This document shows positions 1 to 8,615 of a DNA stretch of 32,000 nt, piece by piece. How positions within the stretch are numbered: position 1 is the first letter of the stretch; the number at the start of each line of letters is the position of its first letter. The DNA lies in assembly GCF_047555085.1 (NCBI RefSeq), contig NZ_CP180230.1, positions 90,001 through 122,000 of the forward strand. Direction: 5' to 3'. Under the pieces are notes generated by a model. The model was not told the DNA's origin, did not search any database, and worked only from the letters and a program-made list of their open reading frames with translations. This DNA comes from Candidatus Saccharimonadota bacterium (GTDB taxonomy: Archaea; Nanohalarchaeota; Nanosalinia; Nanosalinales; Nanosalinaceae). The position numbers and the translations under genes are program-made.

Positions 1-325
1 TCATGAAAGATGAATTTATAGGGTTCATGAGGTTCATGTAGTTCTCTATCTCATCCAGTTCCTGAGAAGTCACGAACTTTCTTTTCTCCCTGTTAATGTT
101 CTTTATATCAACTTCAAGGTTTGCCACACGATCGCTTAACTCATTGACGTCATTTTCCAGCTCCTGTATATCCTCGCTGTTGGACTCCGTCTTGTTCATA
201 ATGGTGTCATCAAGAGTATTAACTCTCGCAGAGAGGTTCCTGATCTTCTCTTCCAGGTCTCGGACTCTTCGATTGAAGTCGTTAACCCGGTCAACTACCT
301 GGTTTATGATATTCTGCTGTGGCAT
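1..325 (-). CDS. coiled-coil protein, partial (C-terminus lies beyond the left window edge)
   Basis: Absent from the ORF track because it has no stop in the window. Hand translation of the reverse strand from ATG (325-323) stays open to position 1: MPQQNIINQVVDRVNDFNRRVRDLEEKIRNLSARVNTLDDTIMNKTESNSEDIQELENDVNELSDRVANLEVDIKNINREKRKFVTSQELDEIENYMNLMNPINSSF. It is heptad-like and acidic like the rest of the local proteome. The + strand ORF 96..335 is its Ser/Leu-rich antisense shadow. Divergent from the ATPase gene. Confidence 0.5.
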   Translation of the reverse strand, partial: MPQQNIINQVVDRVNDFNRRVRDLEEKIRNLSARVNTLDDTIMNKTESNSEDIQELENDVNELSDRVANLEVDIKNINREKRKFVTSQELDEIENYMNLMNPINSSFM

Positions 326-359
326 CCCTACCTAACCTTTTACCAATGCTCAAATAACA

Positions 360-2624
360 ATGTTAGGTATGGACGTAAAAAACAAGGATGTATTCGACTA
401 CGAATACGACGACGAGACAGGAACAGTCGAAATCAACATGCTTGGATCGATCTATGGGGCCTCTATAGAGGATTATCCTGAAGTCATGTCCCGTGTAATC
501 AACATTCTACAGGAGATCCCGGAAGCAGGAAACGTAGTACTATCCGAATCAAGAGAATATGAGTATGAAGAAGATCAGATAAGGCTTCTAAGAGAGATAG
601 CGAACGCAGTAAGAGATATTTCAGCACAGGGATATCTTTCACAGGATATAAAGAGAGATAAATGCAGCCAGCTGTACGATCAGCATCTACCGGAAGTACA
701 GAGAATAGTATTTGACAAGTTAAGGAGAGATCCTGTAGGGGCCTACGTCAAGCTTATTAGAAAGGAAAGACACTTGAGACAGGATAAAGACCATGCGTAT
801 CCTCAGCAACAGCGCTGTATCAAGTATTTTATACAGGATGTGATTAAACCTGTCAAAAACACTCTGGAACAGTGTGAAATGATTCAGAGAGCACAGGACT
901 ATCTTACAGGATATCACGTTGGCGATAGAGAGATCTACAGGGAATTTTTCCACCCTCTTGTAAGGCCTAACTTTATGCTTACAAAGTACATGTCTCTTCC
1001 TCCTGAAAGAGGAGAGGAGAAAACTAGATATACTGTAAGAGACGATATCGAAGTTTCTGTGTATGAAGTCCCTGATCAAACAAGGCCTGTATATCACGTT
1101 GATCCCCCGGAGTTCAATCTTCCTGAGGAGAAATACAAACTCTTGGATGCAGCTAGACGTTTCATGGCCTCTCACAAGCCGGATGAAGGAGAGTTCGCAA
1201 GGCCTGAAAGAATGAATGAAGTCTTCGAGAACATCGGCAGGGACATGCTGAGAGATATTGCGAATCAGATGGGCCTCAAACTTTCACTTGACGAACTCGA
1301 CAAGCTTACAGATATACTTAACAGATATACTTCAGGCCTGGGAGTACTAGAGATTCTTTTGACTGATCCAAAAGTACAGGACGTCTACATTAACTCTCCG
1401 ATCGGAGATGCTCCGATTTACATTACGCATCAGGACTTTGAGGACTGCGAGACAAATCTTATTCCAACAAAAGAGGAGGCCGAATCCTGGGCCACACGCT
1501 TCAGGATCCAGTCTGGAAGGCCTCTTGACGAAGCAAATCCTGTTCTCGATACAGAGACAGAGGTACAGGGAGGCCGTGCCCGTGTAGCAGTAATACAGGA
1601 AAATCTCTCTCCTTCAGGCCTTGCATTTGCTTTAAGGCGCCACAGGTCCCGTATATGGACGCTTCCACTGTTTATACAGAATGGAACTATAAATTCTATC
1701 GGGGCAGCAGTGCTTTCCTTCCTTGTGGATGGTAATCGTTCGCATCTATTCGCAGGGACGCGTGGAGCAGGAAAGACGTCTCTTCTATCAGCTGCTATGC
1801 TGGAAATCATGAAAAATCATCGTATAGTTACTGTAGAAGATACTCTGGAGCTTCCTATACCTCAGATGAAGGATCTGGGATACAATATAGAAAGGATGAA
1901 ATCTCGCTCTGTAATTACGCAGGTTGAAAATGAAATGAGTGCGGATAATGCTATTCGTACCTCTCTCCGTCTTGGAGACTCTGCGCTTGTTATTGGAGAG
2001 GTCAGATCTGATGAGGCCCAGGCCCTTTATGAGGCTATGCGTGTGGGAGCTGTAGCGAACTTTGTTGGAGGTACGATTCACGGAGAGGATGCCTACTCTG
2101 TTTTTGATCGTGTAGTCAACGATCTGGATGTTCCACGTACATCTTTCAAGGCTACAGACATCATAGTTTCTGTAAATAAAATCAGAAGCCCAGATGGCTT
2201 AGAGACATATAGAAGGGTTACGGGTATTACAGAGGTCAGAAAAGAATGGGACGAAGATCCTATGAAAGAAGATGCGTTTGTTGATTTAATGAGGTACGAT
2301 AATGAGAAAGATGAGCTTGTGCCTACAGATACTTTGCGCAACGGTGAGTCGGAGATAATAAGCAGGATTGCGGAGAATGTACAGGGATACAAGAATGACT
2401 GGGAAGCTGTATGGGACAATATACAGCTAAGGAAGAAGATAAAGGAGGCTATAGTGGAGAAAGCAGAGGAAACAGGCAATGACGAGCTTTTAGAGGCTGA
2501 ATTTGTAAACAAGTGCAACCAAAGATACCATATTCTTTCGCGCAAGGTAAATGACGAATACGGAGAACAAGACACGGAGAGAATTTATGCGCGCTGGAAA
2601 GAGTGGCTTGACAGACAGGTGTGA
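360..2624 (+). CDS. type IV pilus/archaellum-family secretion ATPase (GspE/FlaI/PilB superfamily)
   Basis: 754-aa ORF with Walker A AGTRGAGKTS, Asp box IVTVEDTLEL, Walker B ALVIGEVRSDEA and His box GGTIHGED. This is the signature set of T2SSE-type hexameric secretion ATPases. Long N-terminal domain and a charged C-terminal tail. Confidence 0.9.
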   Translation: MLGMDVKNKDVFDYEYDDETGTVEINMLGSIYGASIEDYPEVMSRVINILQEIPEAGNVVLSESREYEYEEDQIRLLREIANAVRDISAQGYLSQDIKRDKCSQLYDQHLPEVQRIVFDKLRRDPVGAYVKLIRKERHLRQDKDHAYPQQQRCIKYFIQDVIKPVKNTLEQCEMIQRAQDYLTGYHVGDREIYREFFHPLVRPNFMLTKYMSLPPERGEEKTRYTVRDDIEVSVYEVPDQTRPVYHVDPPEFNLPEEKYKLLDAARRFMASHKPDEGEFARPERMNEVFENIGRDMLRDIANQMGLKLSLDELDKLTDILNRYTSGLGVLEILLTDPKVQDVYINSPIGDAPIYITHQDFEDCETNLIPTKEEAESWATRFRIQSGRPLDEANPVLDTETEVQGGRARVAVIQENLSPSGLAFALRRHRSRIWTLPLFIQNGTINSIGAAVLSFLVDGNRSHLFAGTRGAGKTSLLSAAMLEIMKNHRIVTVEDTLELPIPQMKDLGYNIERMKSRSVITQVENEMSADNAIRTSLRLGDSALVIGEVRSDEAQALYEAMRVGAVANFVGGTIHGEDAYSVFDRVVNDLDVPRTSFKATDIIVSVNKIRSPDGLETYRRVTGITEVRKEWDEDPMKEDAFVDLMRYDNEKDELVPTDTLRNGESEIISRIAENVQGYKNDWEAVWDNIQLRKKIKEAIVEKAEETGNDELLEAEFVNKCNQRYHILSRKVNDEYGEQDTERIYARWKEWLDRQV

Positions 2625-2630
2625 AATTAG

Positions 2631-4781
2631 GTGTCTGATGAGAAAGACAAACGTAAAGAGAAAATAAACGAGATAGTTGACAATCTCGATAGAGATATCG
2701 AGATGCCTCCATATACACAGAGCTCGGGCGACCGGGGATACTCTCGTCGATACAAACAGTACAAGCAGGAAGAGATAGATTCTGGAGAGAAAAGCACCTA
2801 CGAAAAATTGTGCTATAAGATGGCATCTCTCTTGCAGCTTAGTGCGGATGAATCAATTCAAAACAAACTTAATCCATCTTTGAACCTGTTGAGAATGCAG
2901 CTAACTCCTGGTATGGTGCTTTCTGGGGCTGTAGGAGTTGGATTTTTCTCCTTTATGATATGGGCTTTCGTCTTTGCTATCAACTTTATTATAGGCCCTA
3001 TAATACCGGTTTCTCTCATGATAATTTCTCTTGTTGCCCCTATAGGGGCAGGTGTCTACATGTTCTACAAGCCAATGTTTGATGCAAAGAACAAAGTTAT
3101 AGAAAGCAGTGGCGAAATGATACTTGCAATACTTTACATGGTAGTATACATGCGTTCCAGCCCAAATCTTGAAGGAGCAGTAAGATTTGCAGCTCTTAAT
3201 CTTAATGGCCCTGTTTCACATGATCTAAAAGGCGTTTTATGGGATCTAGAAGTAGGAAAGTTCAACAGGATAGATGAATCTCTGGAGAATTACACTGAAA
3301 ACTGGAAAGACTTCAACCAGGATTTCCTGGAGTCGCTGAACCTCTTGCAGGCAGCAATGGACGAGTCAAACGATGAAAGACGTGAAAAGATGCTTCAGGA
3401 TGCAATAGACAACATTCTGGAAGGAACCCAGGAGAAAATGAAGCACTATGCTCAGGGCCTTAAAACGCCTGTAATGATAATAAACGCCATGGGAGCGATG
3501 CTTCCTGTATTAGGTATGATTATGCTACCTCTTATCTCTGTATTTATGGGGGGAGTTATTACACCGATCCATCTTGTCATAATATTCAATATAATGCTTC
3601 CAGGATTTCTCTGGGTATTCATGCAGAGGGTTCTAAGCTCTAGGCCTCCAACAGTATCTTCTAGGCCTGTAAATACTGATTCGATGCCGCCAAGAGGCAA
3701 GTATGAAATTGAGTTCATGGGAGATAAGCATAGGTTGCCTACATGGCCTTTAGGCGTCATAGTATTCTGTATTGTCGCCATGTATGGTGTTATTGGCTAT
3801 TTAATCTATCCTCACATGTTTCCTGTAGAAAATATCAGTCCTGGAAGCGTTCCATCCATATTTATGTCTGGTAGCGAGTCTCTTGCACCTCTGCCTATGC
3901 TTATGCGATCTGTATCTATTGTTATGGCGCTAGGCCTCGGTTTTGGGATTACAAAGTATCTGGGGAATATCAACAGGCGTGATGCAGAGCAGCAGATAGA
4001 GGAGATGGAGAGCCAGTTCCCGAATGCACTTTTCGAGCTTGGTAACAAGGTTTCTGGGGGTACGCCTATGGAGATTGCACTGAAAAAGGCGGCTGATGCG
4101 ACGCAGGATCTTGAGATATCGAAGCTTTTCGAAGAGGCCTATGAAAATATTGATCAGATGGGTATGACTTTTGAACAGGCTATATTTGACGAGCGCTACG
4201 GTGCCTTGAGAAGCTTTCCAAGTCAGATGATTGATACTATTCTTACTGCTATTCTTCGTTCATCTCAAAAAGGTACTAAGATGGCGGCTACTGCTATGCT
4301 TACGATTTCCAGGTATCTAAAAGATGTTCACAAGACTGAAGAAACTCTTAATGATTTGATGGAAGAGTCTACAACTACTATTGAGATGCTTGCATACATG
4401 CTGGCTCCTATAATATCTGGAGTTGCTGTAGGAATGTCGCAGACGATTATAACAGCTATGTTCAAGCTTTCTACATCTATTAGCGCAGAGCAATCTGGCA
4501 GTACTCTTCAGGGAGGAGCTGCAGGAGGTGCAGGATTTGGAGGCATGATCGGCAACTTGAAAGAAGCTATCCCGCCAGAAATGCTACAGTTTGTAGTTGG
4601 GATTTATTTACTCCAGCTGCTTTACATACTAGGTACTTTCTACATGAAAATTGTCCATGGAGAAAATATGACATACAAGAATCTCTTCATTGGCAAAGTG
4701 ATGGTAACAGGCCTGATATTTTATACTCTTACGTTGACAGCCATCTCTGTCATGTTCGGTGGAGCTATATCCACGATGTAG
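2631..4781 (+). CDS. polytopic membrane platform protein (FlaJ/PilC/TadC, T2SSF-like)
   Basis: 716-aa ORF with a GTG start 7 nt after the ATPase stop. Two clusters of TM helices, each preceded by a soluble helical segment (GEMILAILYMVVYMRSSPNLEGAVRFAA and MESQFPNALFELGNKVSGGTPMEIALKKAA). This matches the duplicated T2SSF architecture. Sits directly downstream of the ATPase. Confidence 0.8.
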   Translation: MSDEKDKRKEKINEIVDNLDRDIEMPPYTQSSGDRGYSRRYKQYKQEEIDSGEKSTYEKLCYKMASLLQLSADESIQNKLNPSLNLLRMQLTPGMVLSGAVGVGFFSFMIWAFVFAINFIIGPIIPVSLMIISLVAPIGAGVYMFYKPMFDAKNKVIESSGEMILAILYMVVYMRSSPNLEGAVRFAALNLNGPVSHDLKGVLWDLEVGKFNRIDESLENYTENWKDFNQDFLESLNLLQAAMDESNDERREKMLQDAIDNILEGTQEKMKHYAQGLKTPVMIINAMGAMLPVLGMIMLPLISVFMGGVITPIHLVIIFNIMLPGFLWVFMQRVLSSRPPTVSSRPVNTDSMPPRGKYEIEFMGDKHRLPTWPLGVIVFCIVAMYGVIGYLIYPHMFPVENISPGSVPSIFMSGSESLAPLPMLMRSVSIVMALGLGFGITKYLGNINRRDAEQQIEEMESQFPNALFELGNKVSGGTPMEIALKKAADATQDLEISKLFEEAYENIDQMGMTFEQAIFDERYGALRSFPSQMIDTILTAILRSSQKGTKMAATAMLTISRYLKDVHKTEETLNDLMEESTTTIEMLAYMLAPIISGVAVGMSQTIITAMFKLSTSISAEQSGSTLQGGAAGGAGFGGMIGNLKEAIPPEMLQFVVGIYLLQLLYILGTFYMKIVHGENMTYKNLFIGKVMVTGLIFYTLTLTAISVMFGGAISTM

Positions 4782-4786
4782 AAAAT

Positions 4787-4794
4787 CTTTATAC
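4787..4794 (+). promoter_or_regulatory. candidate archaeal TATA box (CTTTATAC)
   Basis: TTTATAC-type element about 30 nt upstream of the ATG at 4822, in the first real intergenic gap after the platform gene. Confidence 0.3.
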
Positions 4795-4821
4795 GTGGCT
4801 TGACAAATATATGATGTGAAA

Positions 4822-4902
4822 ATGCAGGAAATCGTGGCTATCGCTGTCTCACTTGGAGTAGGTGCATTAATGATAGCCTTATGGGGTAAGGAAGTTTTAT
4901 GA
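4822..4902 (+). CDS. 26-aa hydrophobic micro-protein (hand-found, below ORF-track size cutoff)
   Basis: Translates as MQEIVAIAVSLGVGALMIALWGKEVL, a single TM helix. Its TGA overlaps the ATG at 4899 (ATGA). Could be non-coding. Confidence 0.3.
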   Translation: MQEIVAIAVSLGVGALMIALWGKEVL

Positions 4903-4943
4903 GGGTCTTGAGAAGCTGGATGGTTTACAGGAAAGGAGAAGAT

Positions 4944-5090
4944 ATGATGATGTCCGAGATAACTATAGGAGTTCTTGCGATAGCTATAGGGGCATTACTG
5001 GCTGCTGCAGCTTCCGGCATGCTAGGTAACAGCGGTATAACGGCAATGATAATGAGTCCTCTCTCCGAAATGACTGCAGGTGCCTTATAA
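4944..5090 (+). CDS. small membrane protein (48 aa from the ATG triplet; ORF track gives 4899..5090)
   Basis: MMMSEITIGVLAIAIGALLAAAASGMLGNSG... has an N-terminal hydrophobic helix. The SD-like AAAGGAGA lies just upstream of ATGATGATG at 4944. Its stop TAA overlaps the next ATG (TAATG). Confidence 0.4.
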   Translation: MMMSEITIGVLAIAIGALLAAAASGMLGNSGITAMIMSPLSEMTAGAL

Positions 5091-6058
5091 TGGCAGGACA
5101 GCAAATTAACAGGATGATGAGCATCGTACTTATACTTCTCTTTGTAGTAGTGCTCGGATCCTTCGCATTCACAATGGTAGGGGAAGCTGAATCTTCGGCA
5201 GTAGGAAAGATACAGATTAACAGCACACAGGCTATGACTCAACTTATCGTATACGACACACTGATAGCACACAGCTGCACCGATGAAAAAGGAGGTTACA
5301 GAAACTACCTTGATAGCTGGGCAGAATTCAGGGAAGAATACGACTTCGGCCTTCTTGAAGGAGCAGGATCCAGTCTTAGATGCTCTGCTTCAACTTCAAA
5401 GCTTCCGCTTTCACAGGGATTCTGGGATGAAGTAAACCCATTCGACAACGACAACTGGCTTAACGATCAACAGGGCAAATACTCCAGAAAAAATTTTGTC
5501 ATAGAGGGAGATGATCCTGTCGAACTAGGTCCATGCATAATCAATGAAGGGAACAACAAAGATATGGTGTTTTTCGTAACGGATGACAAAGTGGCAAACA
5601 CGCTCACATGGAACAAAGGATATAGTTTCAACAACGGAAATGATTATGTGAGTGCTTGGGAGTGTAATAGAATACATGGCGGTAGCGGCAATGGGGGTAC
5701 ATCTGATGGGCCTGTAATTGTCCTGAATGTTATTGGTGCTGATGAAGCAAATCCAAATACGCGGAGTGTTGGTGCATGGAACAACTTCAACGATGCAAAT
5801 ACAGGAGGTGCTCATGACATTCCGCTTCACTTCTACGAACTCTGTAAAGGCACATCAGGATACATCCAGACCAATGTAGCTAATAACAATGATGAAGTTG
5901 ATGATGGTGCTGACAGAGGACCTCATATATGGCGCAAAAGTGGCTCATATACTGCTGAACAGCCTCCTGGGGATCCTGATCGCGAAGTAGGAGGGAAGTC
6001 ACGTTCCAACAGGATGCATCCGTACATAGTGATAACTAACTGGGAGTCCTGTGATTAA
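5090..6058 (+). CDS. pilin-like/secreted protein with a single N-terminal TM helix (322 aa)
   Basis: MAGQQINRMMSIVLILLFVVVLGSFAFTMVG is followed by an Asn/Asp/Gly-rich soluble domain with 6 Cys. Translationally coupled to the upstream ORF. No family recognised. Confidence 0.6.
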   Translation: MAGQQINRMMSIVLILLFVVVLGSFAFTMVGEAESSAVGKIQINSTQAMTQLIVYDTLIAHSCTDEKGGYRNYLDSWAEFREEYDFGLLEGAGSSLRCSASTSKLPLSQGFWDEVNPFDNDNWLNDQQGKYSRKNFVIEGDDPVELGPCIINEGNNKDMVFFVTDDKVANTLTWNKGYSFNNGNDYVSAWECNRIHGGSGNGGTSDGPVIVLNVIGADEANPNTRSVGAWNNFNDANTGGAHDIPLHFYELCKGTSGYIQTNVANNNDEVDDGADRGPHIWRKSGSYTAEQPPGDPDREVGGKSRSNRMHPYIVITNWESCD

Positions 6059-6061
6059 GAA

Positions 6062-6069
6062 ATTTATAA
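6062..6069 (+). promoter_or_regulatory. candidate TATA box (ATTTATAA)
   Basis: AT-rich TATA-like octamer in the 54-nt gap after the 322-aa gene, about 45 nt upstream of the ATG at 6113. Confidence 0.25.
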
Positions 6070-6112
6070 GAGGAAAAACAAAGGCCTTAATGTGGAACGA
6101 AAAGGATTTGAC

Positions 6113-6241
6113 ATGCCTATATCCGCTGTACTTGCTATAGTTTTGGGAGTTCTGTTTATAGCGGCTTACTGGGCTGCAGTATCAGGATACTTTGATACCA
6201 CTGCACAACAGGCCACAGGACTGGCGGAGGCCCTGCCATGA
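6113..6241 (+). CDS. 42-aa hydrophobic micro-protein (hand-found)
   Basis: Translates as MPISAVLAIVLGVLFIAAYWAAVSGYFDTTAQQATGLAEALP. Its stop overlaps the next ATG (ATGA at 6238-6241). Confidence 0.35.
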   Translation: MPISAVLAIVLGVLFIAAYWAAVSGYFDTTAQQATGLAEALP

Positions 6242-6405
6242 AAACTAGCAAAGGATTCAATTTCTCTATAAGAACAGTCATGATTGTAACTGTTGGAGTA
6301 ATAGCTGCTCTAGTTATAATGTCATTTCTGAACGATGGCACAGGCCTTTTCTCAAATTTCACAAATAGAACAGTTCCAGAGGGTGGTTTTGTTGGACAGC
6401 CGTAA
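6238..6405 (+). CDS. 55-aa pilin-like protein with a class III signal peptide (hand-found)
   Basis: MKTSKG/FNFSIRTVMIVTVGVIAALVIMSF... has a short basic n-region, a KG cleavage-type motif and then a hydrophobic helix. This is the archaeal prepilin layout. Confidence 0.5.
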   Translation: MKTSKGFNFSIRTVMIVTVGVIAALVIMSFLNDGTGLFSNFTNRTVPEGGFVGQP

Positions 6406-6637
6406 AGCAGTCACTCTTTCGATAAAAACTGTTCTGTTGCTTATGATAGGCGCACTAGTCGTACTCAGTATCATGGGCGCCTGGGGCGCATTCGAAGGAA
6501 ATCTAAGTGATACAGTCGGCGATTCAAATCAACAGGCACAAGATCAGTCCAGCCAGGCTTCTTGTCAGCTGGAGTGCAGACAGGAACATCTGAGCGGTGG
6601 AGGTGAATACGAGGCCTGTGTTCAGAGCTGTTCGTAA
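6383..6637 (+). CDS. small pilin-like protein with four C-terminal Cys
   Basis: The ORF track starts at ATG 6335, which would overlap the previous gene by 70 nt. In-frame GTG 6383 or TTG 6389/6392 gives (M)VLLDSRKA/VTLSIKTVLLLMIGALVVLSIMG. The C-terminus is SCQLECRQEHLSGGGEYEACVQSCS (C-x3-C ... C-x3-C). Start uncertain. Confidence 0.5.
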   Translation: MVLLDSRKAVTLSIKTVLLLMIGALVVLSIMGAWGAFEGNLSDTVGDSNQQAQDQSSQASCQLECRQEHLSGGGEYEACVQSCS

Positions 6638-7202
6638 TTTAAAATCCAGTAAGGGGGCTATAATGGCCTCTACCGTATTTATAGTTGTTTCTGTAGTTGT
6701 ATCTGGTCTTGCAATGGATATAAGCATTAATACGGTTGTTGATTCATTTCAATCGGCCAGCGACCAAAGTGATGTTAACTGGTTCTCCACTAATATAGCG
6801 GCTAATGCCAAGCAGCTGTGCGAGACATCTGAGGAAAGAGTTGTCCCTCTAGATAGTAGCTACACACGGTATATCTCAGGTCTTCAGGGCATCAGTGTGG
6901 AAACTCAGGAACAGGTTATTCCCAGTTATGGTGCTGCTCCATCGACTACGATATACTATAACAAGTTTATACTCTCCTTCGAAGGAGGTGCAGATGATAA
7001 AGAAGTTACTATAGAGTCTGAGAGCTCAACTTACAGCGGTGGAGGTCCAGATGATTTTTCCTGCCAGACGATAGAGTTCAACGGCACTCAGACAGGTAGC
7101 TCCATCCAGAACCTAGATGGATCCCAAAGATATGATTACCGTCTCTACTCTGAACAGGAAGGAGAGGTAACTGTAGAAGTAGTTGAAAGTGGTGAGGCAT
7201 GA
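6597..7202 (+). CDS. pilin-like protein (201 aa; alternative start ATG 6663)
   Basis: The long form reads ...NLKSSKG/AIMASTVFIVVSVVVSGL, with a class III-like KG motif. The short form starts at MASTVF, preceded by an AAGGGGG SD. 2 Cys. Confidence 0.6.
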   Translation: MEVNTRPVFRAVRNLKSSKGAIMASTVFIVVSVVVSGLAMDISINTVVDSFQSASDQSDVNWFSTNIAANAKQLCETSEERVVPLDSSYTRYISGLQGISVETQEQVIPSYGAAPSTTIYYNKFILSFEGGADDKEVTIESESSTYSGGGPDDFSCQTIEFNGTQTGSSIQNLDGSQRYDYRLYSEQEGEVTVEVVESGEA

Positions 7203-7603
7203 CACTATCTGACAGAGCTGTTGTATTTTTGGTAGCTACTCTTTTGTCAGCAGCTACTTTGTCCACGGCAGGGATAGCTGAACAGAACAGCGTCTTCCAG
7301 AACAAGATTTTCGAACTCAGAGGCCAGCAATTAGCCAATGATATAGATGCCATGATGTATACGGATGAAGGATACCTTGAGAAAAGACTGGCATCTGAAA
7401 CAGATCTAACTATCACATCAGGAGACTCAGGTATGAAAATAGTGCTTGAGAGAGAAGGCCTGGACGATGTAGAGGCACCACTGGATTCAAGTCCGAGCTC
7501 GACAACTTTAGAGGACGTATCTTACCTCTGCATACATAAGCATAGATTCAATCCAGTTCAGGGAGTGGCTGAACTGGTAGATGTGGAGGGAGGACAATGT
7601 TAG
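7199..7603 (+). CDS. pilin-like protein (134 aa)
   Basis: MTLSDRA/VVFLVATLLSAATLSTAG N-terminal helix. ATGA overlap with the upstream gene. 2 Cys, one of them the C-terminal residue. Confidence 0.6.
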   Translation: MTLSDRAVVFLVATLLSAATLSTAGIAEQNSVFQNKIFELRGQQLANDIDAMMYTDEGYLEKRLASETDLTITSGDSGMKIVLEREGLDDVEAPLDSSPSSTTLEDVSYLCIHKHRFNPVQGVAELVDVEGGQC

Positions 7604-8094
7604 ATAATCGTATCGCACAGGCTGGTGTTATGGTGGGCGTAATGGGGCTTCTATTTGGAATGGTATTGGCTCCTATACCGAACGTGGCCTCTGAATATGT
7701 CTTACAAGGTATACTTGGAGACATGACTTTTCACTATGGTCGACATCAGGCTGCTTTTGAGGCATATCAGATAACAGCATCACCATCAAATCCAAACTAT
7801 CTGGTTGAAGATTACGTGATTCAGACGGCGGTTGACAATCCTTCCGACTGTGAAAACTCCAGGGGGGACTACTTCCAGTTCGAAAGAAGTGTGCTTGATG
7901 ATGGAAACTGTGTTGAGACTCCGGATACTGCATATACATATGGGTACTATGGCACAGGTGCAGCGTATCAGCAGGAAATAACAGATACTCCACCAAGAAT
8001 ATCGTTTTACGTTAGAGACGATGGCCCAAACTCAATGAATCTCGAATTAAGTGAACAAACACTGAATACGTTACCATTTTATCAAGAGGATTAG
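7597..8094 (+). CDS. pilin-like protein (165 aa)
   Basis: MLDNRIAQAGVMVGVMGLLFGMVLAPIP N-terminal helix. 7-nt overlap with the upstream gene. 2 Cys. Confidence 0.6.
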   Translation: MLDNRIAQAGVMVGVMGLLFGMVLAPIPNVASEYVLQGILGDMTFHYGRHQAAFEAYQITASPSNPNYLVEDYVIQTAVDNPSDCENSRGDYFQFERSVLDDGNCVETPDTAYTYGYYGTGAAYQQEITDTPPRISFYVRDDGPNSMNLELSEQTLNTLPFYQED

Positions 8095-8104
8095 AAATAT
8101 GTTT

Positions 8105-8112
8105 AAGGAGGT
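8105..8112 (+). promoter_or_regulatory. Shine-Dalgarno site AAGGAGGT
   Basis: Near-perfect complement of an archaeal 16S 3' end, 8 nt upstream of the ATG at 8121. Weaker GGTG/GAGGTG motifs precede many other starts here (2631, 13102, 18362, 20487, 22093). Confidence 0.5.
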
Positions 8113-8120
8113 AGAAAGAA

Positions 8121-8615
8121 ATGGCTAGCATCGCGGATGGACTTTTCTTTCCAATAGCTGCTGTAGCCACGGCCGCATTCATTGCATTTGTAGTGGCCAT
8201 AATACCTCAGGCGACTGCAGATCTTACTACTGCTGCTAACAGGCAGACGGCACAGTTAGAAGTACATTCTATGATGTCTACATTGTTCCACGGACAATCT
8301 TACAGTGCCGATGATGGGACGCCAATAACAGATTATCAAACTATATCCTATCTTATCTGCGGCAAAAACCCTGATAATGGAGGCTGGCTGGACATAGGCA
8401 ATCAGGAATACCTTGATACAGGTGAAATAGAACTGGCCTCTCACTATGAGATACGGATTTCAACACCGGATCTATGTGGCAACAGCAAATGGAATCCGCC
8501 TGAAGGATATGCGGGAGTAGACTCAGGTCAGACTGTAAACAGCTACTATGATGTAATGCTGCCTGTGAGAGGAGGGGAAACAGCCCGTATACGAATGGTG
8601 TATGGATTTGACTAA
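8121..8615 (+). CDS. pilin-like protein (164 aa)
   Basis: MASIADGLFFPIAAVATAAFIAFVVAIIPQ N-terminal helix. Strong SD. 2 Cys. Confidence 0.65.
   Translation: MASIADGLFFPIAAVATAAFIAFVVAIIPQATADLTTAANRQTAQLEVHSMMSTLFHGQSYSADDGTPITDYQTISYLICGKNPDNGGWLDIGNQEYLDTGEIELASHYEIRISTPDLCGNSKWNPPEGYAGVDSGQTVNSYYDVMLPVRGGETARIRMVYGFD

Noticed and set aside
96-335. 79-aa + strand ORF at the window start
   Set aside because: Ser/Leu/Phe-rich with no acidic character. It lies exactly antisense to a clean coiled-coil ORF that runs off the window edge, so it is a shadow frame.
720-2826. Several 97-160-aa minus-strand ORFs inside the ATPase gene
   Set aside because: They are fully nested antisense to a gene with unambiguous Walker, Asp-box and His-box motifs. 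Their products are low-complexity and Ser/Arg/Leu-rich.
6090-6140. 16-codon ORF from the ATG at 6090 (MWNEKDLTCLYPLYLL)
   Set aside because: Very short with no hydrophobic helix. It overlaps the better 42-aa ORF in another frame and is probably 5' UTR.
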